DNA from: a virus
Taxonomy: Duplodnaviria > Caudoviricetes
DNA length: 29,479 nt
IMG/VR virus record: IMGVR_UViG_3300012942_000107
Coordinates: 1 to 29,479 of that record
Reading direction: 5' to 3' (one strand)
A program made the translations under genes and the position numbers. Under the pieces are notes generated by a model. It was given only the letters and a program-made list of their open reading frames with translations. It ran no database searches and was not told where the DNA came from. Positions 1-8,909 of this stretch are shown here, one piece after another. Each line of letters starts with the position of its first letter. Within the stretch, counting starts at the first letter, position 1.

Positions 1-61
1 CGGCGATGTCCGCCTCGATCAGTTCGGCGACACGGGCGCGCCAATCGCAACGGAGGGCCAC

Positions 62-622
62 ATGAACGCGCAGATGCCGATCGTCATGGACGAGCAATTC
101 ACGCTCGGCCTCGATCTTCCGGAGACGCTGAGCTTCGACGAATGGGCGGCGCTGGGCCGGAAACTCTGCATGGGCGCTCGGGTGGTGAACTGGTTGATCG
201 GTGATTGGTTGATCGCGGGCTCCGAACGCTACGGAGAGAGGGCGCGCGAGGAGGCAAACGCCATCTTCCGCGCCGATGTCGAGCGCTTCGGACCGATCGT
301 GGATGTCTGCCGCCGCTTCCCGGAGCCGAAGCGCCACCTTGCCCTCACCTTCGCCCACCACGCCGCCGTAATGGCGGTCACGGATGACGAGCAAGCTGAG
401 GCGCTGCTCGGCGAAGCGGAGCGTGACAGGATGACGGCGGCGGCGCTCAAGGCCCAAGTCCGCATCGTCACGAACCGCCAGCCCTGCATGATCGAGGATG
501 ACGACCCGGACGACACGGCGATGCGGAGGATCGCGCAGGCATGGAACAACGCGAGCCGGGCGGCGCGAGAGGCGTTCCTGGAGCTCGCGCAGGAATCGCA
601 CATGGGGGTGATCGACCTATGA
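62..622 (+). CDS. LmbU-like putative transcriptional regulator
   Basis: 186 aa; GGAGG at -9; N-terminal LP..LSFDEW..LG...NWLIGDW....RYG and later L(T/S)F.HH pattern recall the LmbU family; lies just upstream of the packaging genes. Confidence 0.5.
   Translation: MNAQMPIVMDEQFTLGLDLPETLSFDEWAALGRKLCMGARVVNWLIGDWLIAGSERYGERAREEANAIFRADVERFGPIVDVCRRFPEPKRHLALTFAHHAAVMAVTDDEQAEALLGEAERDRMTAAALKAQVRIVTNRQPCMIEDDDPDDTAMRRIAQAWNNASRAAREAFLELAQESHMGVIDL
363..397 (+). promoter_or_regulatory. Putative late promoter copy inside the first CDS (CCGCCGTAAT ... CAAGCT)
   Basis: CCGTAA 366-371, 20-nt spacer, CAAGCT 392-397; same geometry as the intergenic copies; would drive the terminase operon. Confidence 0.55.
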
Positions 623-801
623 CCGTCAACATCGAGGAGTTCCGCGACGTGTTCCTCCGCCGGGGCTGGCGGGGGATCGAACGGAATTACGGATCATCCT
701 CGGCCGTGCTGATGCAGCTCATCGCCAAGGCCGGCGGTCCAGCGCTGCTTGCCGAGCGGGCGCGCGTGCAGCGCTGCGGGCGGAAGGCGGGGGCACGGTG
801 A
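619..801 (+). CDS. Hypothetical protein (60 aa)
   Basis: ATGA overlap with the upstream stop and GTGA overlap with the next gene (translational coupling). Confidence 0.6.
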   Translation: MTVNIEEFRDVFLRRGWRGIERNYGSSSAVLMQLIAKAGGPALLAERARVQRCGRKAGAR

Positions 802-1409
802 CACGACCGATGCCGCCTGACGATATTCTCCAGCCCATGCCGGCGAAGTTCATTCCCGCCGACGATTTGCGAGAATGGATGATCGACACCTTCATCGCCG
901 AGGATGCCCCGCTCGCCAACCCGGATCACTTCCACCTCGCCCATGCCGAGCTGGGCGTGCTCTGGACCAATGCGCCGAACGGCAAGCATATGCGCACGAT
1001 CATCGGGCAGGCGGAGATCATGCCCCCGATGGCTATGGGGAATTGGCCCCGCGCCCGGGTGATGCAGCAGATCGAGGAATGGTTCGGCACCGTGCCGGAT
1101 TTCCTGATCACGTTCTTCGCGCCGGTTGCCGCCGCTATGGACGACGTGTCGTTCTGCGCGCTGGTCGAGCATGAGCTTTACCACTGTGGGCAGGAGAAGG
1201 ACCAATACGGAGCGCCGAAGTTCACGCAGGACGGCCGCCCCAAGTTCGGGATGCGCGGGCACGACGTGGAGGAATTCACCGGCGTCGTCGCTCGATACGG
1301 GCCTAGCCTCGATGTTGCGGAGATGGTCGAGGCGGCGAACGCGAAACCGTTGATCGGGCGGGCGACGGTCGAGGGCGTGTGCGGCACTTGTATGCGTCGT
1401 GCGGCGTGA
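798..1409 (+). CDS. Putative phage metallopeptidase
   Basis: HELYH (HExxH) plus HDVEEF..VV.RYG, typical of the phage metallopeptidase family found next to terS. Confidence 0.85.
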   Translation: MTRPMPPDDILQPMPAKFIPADDLREWMIDTFIAEDAPLANPDHFHLAHAELGVLWTNAPNGKHMRTIIGQAEIMPPMAMGNWPRARVMQQIEEWFGTVPDFLITFFAPVAAAMDDVSFCALVEHELYHCGQEKDQYGAPKFTQDGRPKFGMRGHDVEEFTGVVARYGPSLDVAEMVEAANAKPLIGRATVEGVCGTCMRRAA

Positions 1410-1423
1410 CGAGGGCTTGACCA

Positions 1424-1891
1424 GTGGGAAAAGGCAACAACACGCTGCCGGACGAAATTAAGTCGTTCATCATCAACGCGGTAGCGGCGTTCGACACGCC
1501 GACGCAGGTAGTGGCAGCCGTAAAGGAGGAGTTCGGACGCGAGATCACGCGCCAGCTTGTCCAGTGCTATGACCCGAGCACCTACAACGGCCGCAACCTG
1601 TCGCAGAAGTGGCGGGTGGAGTTCGACAAGGCGCGCAAGGCCTTCCTCGACGACTGCACCGCCATCCCGATCGCCAACCGCGCAACCCGAATCCGTGCGC
1701 TCAACCGCATGGCCGTGAAGGCTGAGACGATGCGCAATTTCGCGCTCGCTGCGCAGCTTCACAAGCAGGCCGCCGAGGAAATGGGGAACGCCTACACGAA
1801 CCGCCGCGAGGTGACGGGCAAGGACGGGAAAGACCTGCCCGCCGGCGGTAGCGTCGCGATCTTCGCGTTGCCGGATAATGGGAGGGGTTGA
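1424..1891 (+). CDS. terS: Terminase small subunit (DUF2280-like)
   Basis: IK.FI...A.FDTP.QV..AVKEEFG, YDP, IPIANRA.R, A.E.G..YTN and E.TGKDG motifs; upstream of terL. Confidence 0.8.
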   Translation: MGKGNNTLPDEIKSFIINAVAAFDTPTQVVAAVKEEFGREITRQLVQCYDPSTYNGRNLSQKWRVEFDKARKAFLDDCTAIPIANRATRIRALNRMAVKAETMRNFALAAQLHKQAAEEMGNAYTNRREVTGKDGKDLPAGGSVAIFALPDNGRG

Positions 1892-2271
1892 TGCCTTGCT
1901 ATGTCGTCAAGATGAAGCCGCCGAGCGTCGAGGAATGGCGGACGTGGGTCCAGATGGGATACCTTGGATCATACGAACGATACGAGGCCACTGTGCGCGA
2001 GCGCGGGCCGGCGACAATGCACATCAAAGGCGACCTTGGCCCGCACTGCACCGAATGCCTCGCGCCGGGGGAAAACCTCTGCGACTATCCCGTTGGCGAC
2101 GGCAAGACATGCGATCGGTCGCTTTGTGATGAGCATGCGAAAGGCGTAGCCGCTGACACCCATTACTGCCGAGATCATTGGCTGATGTGGATGGACTATC
2201 TCGCGAGCGAGCGTGGCTACGAGGTTTTGCGCAACGTCACGCCGCTTGGGATCGTCGCAAAGCCAGAATGA
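1888..2271 (+). CDS. Hypothetical Cys/His-rich protein
   Basis: 127 aa with CxxC, LCD, TCD..LC..H and YC..H; overlaps both neighbours by 4 nt. Confidence 0.65.
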   Translation: MMPCYVVKMKPPSVEEWRTWVQMGYLGSYERYEATVRERGPATMHIKGDLGPHCTECLAPGENLCDYPVGDGKTCDRSLCDEHAKGVAADTHYCRDHWLMWMDYLASERGYEVLRNVTPLGIVAKPE

Positions 2272-3668
2272 ACGCCCCCGCGCGCATCCAACCCGAGATC
2301 GTCCCCGGCCAAACGATCACGCCGCAGCCAGGACCGCAATCGCAATTCCTCGCCAGTCCGGCCGACATCGCGATCTACGGAGGCAGCGCGGGCGGCGGCA
2401 AGACTTGGGCGCTGTTGCTCGAAGACTTGCGGCACATCGGGAACCCCGACTTCGGATCGGTCACGTTCCGCCGCTCCACCGTCCAAATCCGCAACGAGGG
2501 CGGTCTGTGGGACGAAAGTATGAACCTCTACCCGCTCGCCGGGGCAGAGCCGAAAGAGCACGTTCTGACGTGGAAATGGCCGAACGGTGCCACGTCGAGC
2601 TTCGCGCATCTGGAGCACGACAAGACCCGGCTTCACTGGCAGGGTTCGCAAATCCCGCTCATCAAATTCGATGAGCTGACGCATTTCACGCCAACACAGT
2701 TCTGGTACATGGTCAGCCGAAATCGCTCGATGTGCGGCGTGCGCCCGTATATCCGCGCGACGTGCAACCCCGATGCCGATAGCTGGGTCGCCGAGCTTAT
2801 CGCGTGGTGGATCGATCAGGACACCGGCCTACCAATTCCCGAGCGATCCGGTGTGCTGCGCTGGTTCGTCCGTGTCGGCGAGGAATTGAAGTGGGGGAAT
2901 TCGCCCGAGGAACTGGCGATCTACCTCATGCCCGATGGTACTCCGATTCCACCGAAGTCGCTGACGTTCATCCCGGCCAAACTGACCGACAACAGGGCGC
3001 TGATGGCGGCCGACCCCGGCTATATGGCGTCGCTGCTCGCTCTGCCGTCGGTCGAGCGCGAACGGCTGCTCGGCGGCAACTGGAAGATCAGGCCAGCGGC
3101 GGGGCTGTATTTCCAGCGTTCGTGGTGTCGCGTCGTCGATGCGGTGCCGGCGGGGACTGTCTTCGGCGTCGGTTACGATCTCGCCGCCACGCCGCCGTCT
3201 GCCGACAATCCCGACCCGGATTATACCAGCCGGACCAAGATCGGTCGCATGCCCGACGGCCGGTATATCGTTGTGCACAACAACAGCATTCAGGAAGGCC
3301 CGTTTGGCGTCGAACGCTTCATCAAGAACAACGCATCTCAGGATGGCAAGTCGGTTGAAATCTCGCTTCCGCAAGACCCAGGGCAGGCCGGCAAGAGCCA
3401 GGTCAAATCGCTGATCCTCATGCTGTCGGGCTATACCGTCCGGTCATCCACTGAGACGGGCGACAAGGTGACGCGGTTCGGCCCGTTCTCGGCGCAGTGC
3501 GAGGCTGGGAATGTGGACGTGTTGCGCGGTGATTGGAATGATCGCTGGTTCACAAACCTCGAAGGCTTCCCGACCGCGAGGCATGACGACGATGCTGACA
3601 GCGCGTCGCGGGCGTTCGCCGTGGTCGCAATCGATCGTGGATATGCCTACAACCCGGACGCCTTCTGA
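2268..3668 (+). CDS. terL: Terminase large subunit
   Basis: Walker A YGGSAGGGKT, Walker B FDELTHF, ATCNP coupling motif, RNase H-like C-terminus (YDLA ... HDDDAD); start taken at the ATGA overlap at 2268. Confidence 0.95.
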   Translation: MNAPARIQPEIVPGQTITPQPGPQSQFLASPADIAIYGGSAGGGKTWALLLEDLRHIGNPDFGSVTFRRSTVQIRNEGGLWDESMNLYPLAGAEPKEHVLTWKWPNGATSSFAHLEHDKTRLHWQGSQIPLIKFDELTHFTPTQFWYMVSRNRSMCGVRPYIRATCNPDADSWVAELIAWWIDQDTGLPIPERSGVLRWFVRVGEELKWGNSPEELAIYLMPDGTPIPPKSLTFIPAKLTDNRALMAADPGYMASLLALPSVERERLLGGNWKIRPAAGLYFQRSWCRVVDAVPAGTVFGVGYDLAATPPSADNPDPDYTSRTKIGRMPDGRYIVVHNNSIQEGPFGVERFIKNNASQDGKSVEISLPQDPGQAGKSQVKSLILMLSGYTVRSSTETGDKVTRFGPFSAQCEAGNVDVLRGDWNDRWFTNLEGFPTARHDDDADSASRAFAVVAIDRGYAYNPDAF

Positions 3669-3669
3669 T

Positions 3670-3704
3670 CCGCCGTAATCGCCACGCCTCGCCGTCGCCA
3701 TCAT
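3670..3704 (+). promoter_or_regulatory. Putative late promoter, leaderless portal mRNA
   Basis: CCGCCGTAATC 3670-3680, CATCAT 3699-3704, ATG 7 nt later, no SD. Confidence 0.75.
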
Positions 3705-3711
3705 CGCGCGC

Positions 3712-6417
3712 ATGGGCGTCGTGCGAAACCTATTCGATGGGCTGACGAACGCCCTCTCCGGCCTCGGCGGCAGTCACGATCCGCGTAGCTACAACCGTTA
3801 TTTCGTCATTCCGAAGACCGACCCCGAGATCGATGCGGCCTATCGCGGCTCGTGGGTCATGCGGAAGATCATCGACAAGCCCGCGACCGAGATGGTGCGG
3901 GAGTGGCGCGACTGGCAAGCGGACAGTGGCGATATTGAAAAGCTGGAGGCCGAGGAAAAGCGGCTCGATCTGCGCAACAAGGTTCGCCGCGCCGAGATGC
4001 TACGTGGCCTGGGCGGCGCTGGCATGGTGCTGTGGACCGACGATTCCGACCAATCGCAGCCGCTGAAACCTGAAAGCATCCAGACCGGCGGCCTGAAGGT
4101 TATCCACGTCTGGCATCGCAGCCGCTTCCAGCTCGGCGACATGATCGAGGACTGGCGCGATCCGTGGTTCGGTCATCCGAGCTATTACGAGGTTCAGCTT
4201 CAAGGGCAGGCCGGTAGCCGCGCGGTTCGTTTCCACCCGTCCCGCGTCGTCGCCTTCCGTGCCGATCCGGTCGCCGAAATCGTCGGCGCGGGATGGGCGG
4301 ATTGCTTTTGGGGGCAGAGCAAGGTCGAAACTGTGCTATCCGCCGTCGAGAACGTGGACACGGCGGAGGCCGGATTCGCGGCGCTCATCAAGGATGCGCG
4401 CAACCGACGGTTGTACGTCCCGAAGCTGACTGAGCAATTCGCAACCGAGGAGGGCGAGAAGCGATTCACGCGTCGCGCGACCGCGTTGGCGATGGGCGAA
4501 TCCACGCTCGGCATCACGTTTCTTGACGCCGGCACCGCGACCGGTTCGGATGGCAAGGCGACGGGCGGCGAGAAGCTGGAAGACCGCCAGATGGTCTGGA
4601 CAGGCATACCGGACATCAAGTCGAGCTATTGGAACGCTGCCGCTGCCGCTGCCGACATGCCAGCGACCGTGCTGTGGGGCGTCTCGCCGCAGGGGATGAA
4701 CGCTACCGGACAGTCCGATATCGAACTGTGGCACAAAACCATTCGCGGCCGGCAAGACCTCGACCTCCGCCCGTGCATGACGCAGATCGACGCAGCGCTT
4801 ATCCCGTCCGCGCTCGGCAAGGTCGATGATACGATCTGGTATGAGTGGGCTCCGCTCTCGACGCAGAGCGAGAAGGACGAGGCCAACACCTTCTTCCTGT
4901 TCATGCAGGCGGCGGAGAAGCTGCAAGCCACCGGCGCGATTCCCGACATCGCGTTCGAGAAGGCGTTGCAGAACACGATGGAGGAGCGGGGCTGGCTTCC
5001 CGGTATCGGCGATGCGCTCGCCGAGATGCCGGAAGACGAGCGCTTCCCCAGCCTCGCCGCGCCCGATCCGAGCGAGGGCGATCCCAGTGCGCTCGGCTTC
5101 GATCCCAGCATGGAAGGAGGTGATCCGTTTATCTCGCCGTCGCCGGGGCAGTCCATGGAAGCGGCTCCCCGGCGACGCGCCGCCAATGACATGCGCTTCA
5201 CCGATGCGGAGCCGCGCACACTCTATGTGCAGCGCAAGCTGCTCAACGCCGCCGATTTCATCCGCTGGGCGAAGGCGCAGGGGTTCGACACCATGACGCC
5301 GGCCGCCGAGTTGCATGTCACCATCGCTTACAGCCGCACGCCGCTCGATTGGATGAAGATCGGGCAGGATTGGTCCAGCGACGCCAGCGGCAATCTCACT
5401 GTTCCGGCGGGTGGTCCGCGCATCGTTCAGCGGCTCGGCGACAAGGGCGCGGTTGTGCTGCTGTTCGGATCGAACGATCTGGCGTGGCGGCACAAGGCGA
5501 TCCTCGAAGCGGGCGCATCGTTCGACTTCGACGAATATCAGCCCCACGTCACGATCACCTATGCCGCCCCGGCCGATTTCGATCTGGCGAAAGTCCAACC
5601 CTACACGGGGCCGCTCAAGTTCGGGCCGGAGCTGTTCAGCGAGGTTGACGAGGATTGGGTGCCCAAGGTTGTCGAGGACGGATTCTCCTTTGCGGATATC
5701 GGCGGTCACGGCGGCAACCCGAACCATGATCCGCACAATGGGCAGTTCACCAGCGGGCCGGGTGGCTCTTTGGCCCATGACTTGGAAGAACTTTTGTCGG
5801 GCAACATCAAGTCGAACCCAAAGACTATTGCTCGAAAACTTCGGGCCAAGGGCTATGATGTTGCCAGCGATCATCCTGAGATCGCGAAGGCGGTCAAAGC
5901 GCAGCACGAACGGATCGACGCCGGGCATCGACGCCTTGCCGAACGTCTCGCCAGCCCTGAGCACAGGGCAAAAATCGCGGAATTAACGAAGCGGCGTGAG
6001 GCAGAAGCAACTGCGCGGGCAGAACCGTATGAGAAAGCCCCGATGATGCAGCATTTCTCGCCGAAGGAGCGAGCTGAGATTATCGACCATGCACGCGCTG
6101 GCAGAGAAGATTATGCCGAAGCATATGCAAGGCTCGCCACGGTCGGGGCTATTGCGAAGCAAGCCAAATCCGATGGTTGGACTATTCGCCACGTTTCGAA
6201 GGAAGGGTCGCGCGCGACATCGCGATACCTTGTTCACCCAAACGGTAATGAAGTCCGGGTTTCTGACCACTTCATTCCAAGCACCCCAAAGCGGGAAGCC
6301 GGATACCGTGGCAAGTGGGCTGGCGAGCTTGTGGTTGGCCGCGAATGGCGCTCGCAGTCGCTCAAAGACTATATGGATGAACTTCAAAGCATAGCAACCG
6401 AGACGAACGAGGATTGA
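3712..6417 (+). CDS. Portal protein (DUF1073-like) fused to an Acb1-like 2H phosphoesterase and an unknown C-terminal domain
   Basis: aa 1-~440 portal-like (Y..SW..RKIID.PA.EM.REW, FHPSRV, P.T.L.G.SP.GMNATG); aa ~499-650 with two HxT motifs (LHVTIAYS, YQPHVTITY); extra ~240 aa after that. Confidence 0.85.
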   Translation: MGVVRNLFDGLTNALSGLGGSHDPRSYNRYFVIPKTDPEIDAAYRGSWVMRKIIDKPATEMVREWRDWQADSGDIEKLEAEEKRLDLRNKVRRAEMLRGLGGAGMVLWTDDSDQSQPLKPESIQTGGLKVIHVWHRSRFQLGDMIEDWRDPWFGHPSYYEVQLQGQAGSRAVRFHPSRVVAFRADPVAEIVGAGWADCFWGQSKVETVLSAVENVDTAEAGFAALIKDARNRRLYVPKLTEQFATEEGEKRFTRRATALAMGESTLGITFLDAGTATGSDGKATGGEKLEDRQMVWTGIPDIKSSYWNAAAAAADMPATVLWGVSPQGMNATGQSDIELWHKTIRGRQDLDLRPCMTQIDAALIPSALGKVDDTIWYEWAPLSTQSEKDEANTFFLFMQAAEKLQATGAIPDIAFEKALQNTMEERGWLPGIGDALAEMPEDERFPSLAAPDPSEGDPSALGFDPSMEGGDPFISPSPGQSMEAAPRRRAANDMRFTDAEPRTLYVQRKLLNAADFIRWAKAQGFDTMTPAAELHVTIAYSRTPLDWMKIGQDWSSDASGNLTVPAGGPRIVQRLGDKGAVVLLFGSNDLAWRHKAILEAGASFDFDEYQPHVTITYAAPADFDLAKVQPYTGPLKFGPELFSEVDEDWVPKVVEDGFSFADIGGHGGNPNHDPHNGQFTSGPGGSLAHDLEELLSGNIKSNPKTIARKLRAKGYDVASDHPEIAKAVKAQHERIDAGHRRLAERLASPEHRAKIAELTKRREAEATARAEPYEKAPMMQHFSPKERAEIIDHARAGREDYAEAYARLATVGAIAKQAKSDGWTIRHVSKEGSRATSRYLVHPNGNEVRVSDHFIPSTPKREAGYRGKWAGELVVGREWRSQSLKDYMDELQSIATETNED

Positions 6418-6441
6418 CGCCGCCCGGCTTGCGCCTACCCT
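6414..6441 (+). promoter_or_regulatory. Sigma70-like promoter for the recombinase (leaderless)
   Basis: TTGACG 6414-6419, 16 nt, TACCCT 6436-6441, ATG 6 nt later. Confidence 0.5.
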
Positions 6442-6447
6442 CGCCCC

Positions 6448-7356
6448 ATGCGCTGCGCAATCTACACCCGCAAATCCTCCGACGAAGCGCCGGACAGCAA
6501 TCTCAGCTCAATCGAGACGCAGCGCGCGCTGTGCGAAACCTTCATCGCCAGTCAGGCCGCCGAGGGCTGGATGGCGCTGCCCGATCGCTATGACGATCTC
6601 GGTTACAGCGGCGGCACGATAGAGCGCCCGGCGCTCGCTCGCCTTCTCGACGACATCGCCGCCGGGCTGATCGACACGGTGGTGGTCTACAAGATCGACC
6701 GGCTCTCGCGCTCGCTCAGGGATTTCGTGAACCTGATCGACCTGTTCGACAAGGCAGGCGTCTCGTTCCTCTCCACCACACAGCAGTTCAGCACGACGAG
6801 CAGCATGGGCCGCCTCACCCTCAATATCCTGCTCACCTTCGCGCAATTCGAGCGCGAAATGGCGGGCGAGCGCACCCGCGATTGGGTGGCCGGAGCCCGG
6901 AAGCGCGGCATCTGGACGAGCGGGCCGCCGCCCTTCGGCTATATGCGCCGGGATGGGCGGCTCGCGCCTCACCCGGAGCGCGCGGAGGTGGTCCGCTGGG
7001 TGTTCCGCCGCCTGCCTCGCGCCAAATGCTTCGGGACGGTCGCGCATGAGTTGAACGCGGCCGGTCATCGCAATCGTTTCGGCCGGACATTCGACGGCCG
7101 CACCGTCAAGACCATGATCGAGAACCGGGTCTATCTCGGCGAGATGAGGCATCGAGGCGAGCATATTCCCGGCACGCACGAGCCGCTGGTCACGTCTGCG
7201 ATGTGGCGGAGCGCGCAGAAGGCGGTCGCGGAAATCCGGGCCGGAAGATATGGGCAGATGGGAGCGTGGCAGAGAAGTCGGAAGATTGCCGCCCCGGTTG
7301 GGCTGGTGGAGCCCGATAAGAGATCGCGGTCTTCCGGGGCGGCAGCGCAACCGTAA
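6448..7356 (+). CDS. Serine recombinase (resolvase catalytic domain plus recombinase domain)
   Basis: YTRKS catalytic Ser, D.GYSG...ERPAL, VYKIDRLSR, FAQFERE, PFGY, N.VYLG, HEPLV; no C-terminal zinc ribbon or coiled coil. Confidence 0.92.
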   Translation: MRCAIYTRKSSDEAPDSNLSSIETQRALCETFIASQAAEGWMALPDRYDDLGYSGGTIERPALARLLDDIAAGLIDTVVVYKIDRLSRSLRDFVNLIDLFDKAGVSFLSTTQQFSTTSSMGRLTLNILLTFAQFEREMAGERTRDWVAGARKRGIWTSGPPPFGYMRRDGRLAPHPERAEVVRWVFRRLPRAKCFGTVAHELNAAGHRNRFGRTFDGRTVKTMIENRVYLGEMRHRGEHIPGTHEPLVTSAMWRSAQKAVAEIRAGRYGQMGAWQRSRKIAAPVGLVEPDKRSRSSGAAAQP

Positions 7357-7381
7357 TACATTGCCCGAGCAGAGGCAAGAT
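7351..7381 (+). promoter_or_regulatory. Putative late promoter, leaderless minor-head mRNA
   Basis: CCGTAAT overlapping the recombinase stop, 19 nt, CAAGAT, ATG 6 nt later. Confidence 0.6.
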
Positions 7382-7387
7382 TCCGCC

Positions 7388-8251
7388 ATGCCTTTCGATC
7401 CGCTCCCGCCCCGCGCCCGCTACAACCTCGCCGCGCTCGTCAAGGCCCAGCGCCCTGGCGCGCGCAAGCGTTCGATCATTCTCCGCCCGATCGAACCGAC
7501 ACAGGCGCTCGCGTCCGATCTCTATCGCGCCTGCTATCGCCCGCTCATCGCGAAGATCGAGGCGACGATGCCGGCGATCCTCTCGGCTTACTCGTCCGCG
7601 CTCACGGTCCGCGACGGGTTCGCCGACGCCAGCGATCCGCAGAGCGTCACCAACTCGCTCGGCGACGATCTGCGCAACATGGTGCTGGCGCTGATCCCGG
7701 CGCTGCGCCTGTGGACCGCGCGAACCGAGAAATGGCACCGCGCGAAATGGCGATCGGCCGTGCTGTCCGCGTCCGGCGTCGATCTGGATACGATGCTGAT
7801 CGGCTCGCCCCAGCCCGCATCGGTGCAGGATACGATCAACTGGAACGTGGCGCTGATCCGCTACGTGGGCGATCAGGCCCGCGCGCGCATATCGAGCGCG
7901 GTGTTCGCGGCGCTTCATGCCCGCAAGCCGGCCGCCGATCTGGCGAAGGACCTGCGCGGCATCGTCGGCATGTCGCGGCGGCGGTCTTTGCTCATCGCCA
8001 GCGATCAACTCGGCAAGCTGTCGTCGGCGCTCGATCGGGAGCGGATGGCCGAGGCGGGAATCAGTGAGTTCAAATATCGGCATTCGGGCAAGCTGCATCC
8101 GCGCAAGTGGCACCGGGCGCGCGATGGGAAGCTCTACGATCTCAAGACTGGCAAGGAAATCGGTGGCGATGACGCGATCGCGGCGGACGATATGCCGGGA
8201 ATCCCGCCATATTGCGGGTGTCGGAAGCAAGCTGTCGTGCGGTTCACCTAA
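7388..8251 (+). CDS. Minor head / head morphogenesis protein (MuF, SPP1 gp7-like)
   Basis: R..LIA.DQ..KL, R..H..RDGK.Y and C-terminal PG.PPYCGC; follows the portal. Confidence 0.85.
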   Translation: MPFDPLPPRARYNLAALVKAQRPGARKRSIILRPIEPTQALASDLYRACYRPLIAKIEATMPAILSAYSSALTVRDGFADASDPQSVTNSLGDDLRNMVLALIPALRLWTARTEKWHRAKWRSAVLSASGVDLDTMLIGSPQPASVQDTINWNVALIRYVGDQARARISSAVFAALHARKPAADLAKDLRGIVGMSRRRSLLIASDQLGKLSSALDRERMAEAGISEFKYRHSGKLHPRKWHRARDGKLYDLKTGKEIGGDDAIAADDMPGIPPYCGCRKQAVVRFT

Positions 8252-8267
8252 TACCCGTCCTCGCCTT

Positions 8268-8444
8268 TCACACCGGGTGCGCGACCTTCACCGGGACTAC
8301 ATCGCCACAATATTGACAATAGCGGATAGCGTGGGGGAGCCGGGCAGGAGCAAATATGTTCCCCAAGCCCTTCTTCCCACACGAAGGGCAAATTCCACGC
8401 GGGGAAGCGCTGCGAGTTTGCATGCCGGGGCGGCGGACGGCCAT
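8268..8444 (-). CDS. Small zinc-ribbon-like protein (58 aa, not in ORF track)
   Basis: Hand translation MAVRRPGMQTRSASPRGICPSCGKKGLG...RYCQYCGDVVPVKVAHPV; two CxxC pairs; starts 1 nt after the upstream stop. Confidence 0.55.
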   Translation of the reverse strand: MAVRRPGMQTRSASPRGICPSCGKKGLGNIFAPARLPHAIRYCQYCGDVVPVKVAHPV

Positions 8445-8445
8445 G

Positions 8446-8631
8446 TCAGCGGCCCTCCGCGCCCATAGCGATTAGGATGCGACGCGCCCAATTTCGCCCC
8501 GCTTCGGACACCGTCCCCCAGCGTCCCGCCAGGACGCCGCTCATATAATCAATGGTGTTGGCGCGCTCTTGACCGGTTTGCCCAACATAACGGGCGATCG
8601 TCCGAGCTTCCATTTCCTTCACCGTTGTCAT
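8446..8631 (-). CDS. Hypothetical protein (61 aa)
   Basis: GGAGG SD 8 nt before ATG at 8631; divergent from the RHH gene. Confidence 0.6.
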   Translation of the reverse strand: MTTVKEMEARTIARYVGQTGQERANTIDYMSGVLAGRWGTVSEAGRNWARRILIAMGAEGR

Positions 8632-8649
8632 GTGGCTTGCCTCCGTAGT

Positions 8650-8740
8650 TGGTATCACCTATATAGATGGTATCAGCTACTAGCGCAATAGGTGGTATCA
8701 ACAAAATGCGGGGATCGACTCAATTTGTGGTATCGGATAC
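8650..8740. promoter_or_regulatory. TGGTATCA direct repeats, probable operator array
   Basis: TGGTATCA at 8650, 8668 and 8693, TGGTATCG at 8728 within the palindrome GTATC-G-GATAC; AT-rich divergent intergenic region. Confidence 0.65.
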
Positions 8741-8750
8741 GCCCCCGCCT

Positions 8751-8909
8751 GTGGGACGCCCGAGGATCAATCACGAAAAGACGATGGCCCGCTTCGGCGA
8801 TGGCACGCTCGATCGTATCAAGGCCGTGCTGGCACCGCGCGAGAAGCAATCTGATTTTATCCGCGAGGCAGTCGAGCGCGAGCTAGAACGACGGGAGAGC
8901 GGGAAGTGA
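8751..8909 (+). CDS. Ribbon-helix-helix DNA-binding protein
   Basis: GRPR...T.ARF....L.RI..VL...E.QSDFIREAVERELERRE; start uncertain (GTG 8751 or ATG 8706). Confidence 0.7.
   Translation: MGRPRINHEKTMARFGDGTLDRIKAVLAPREKQSDFIREAVERELERRESGK

Noticed and set aside
1518-1523. CCGTAA inside terS as another late promoter
   Set aside because: Flanks do not match and no YANNNT box at 19-20 nt
2178-2267. Upstream start extensions in the ORF track (terL 2178; also 7250, 10843, 14940, 18011, 22445)
   Set aside because: They overlap neighbouring genes; downstream starts with SD, coupling or promoter geometry fit better
6448-7356. Recombinase as prophage integrase or IS boundary
   Set aside because: Phage structural genes continue on both sides; no att core, terminal inverted repeats or target duplication seen
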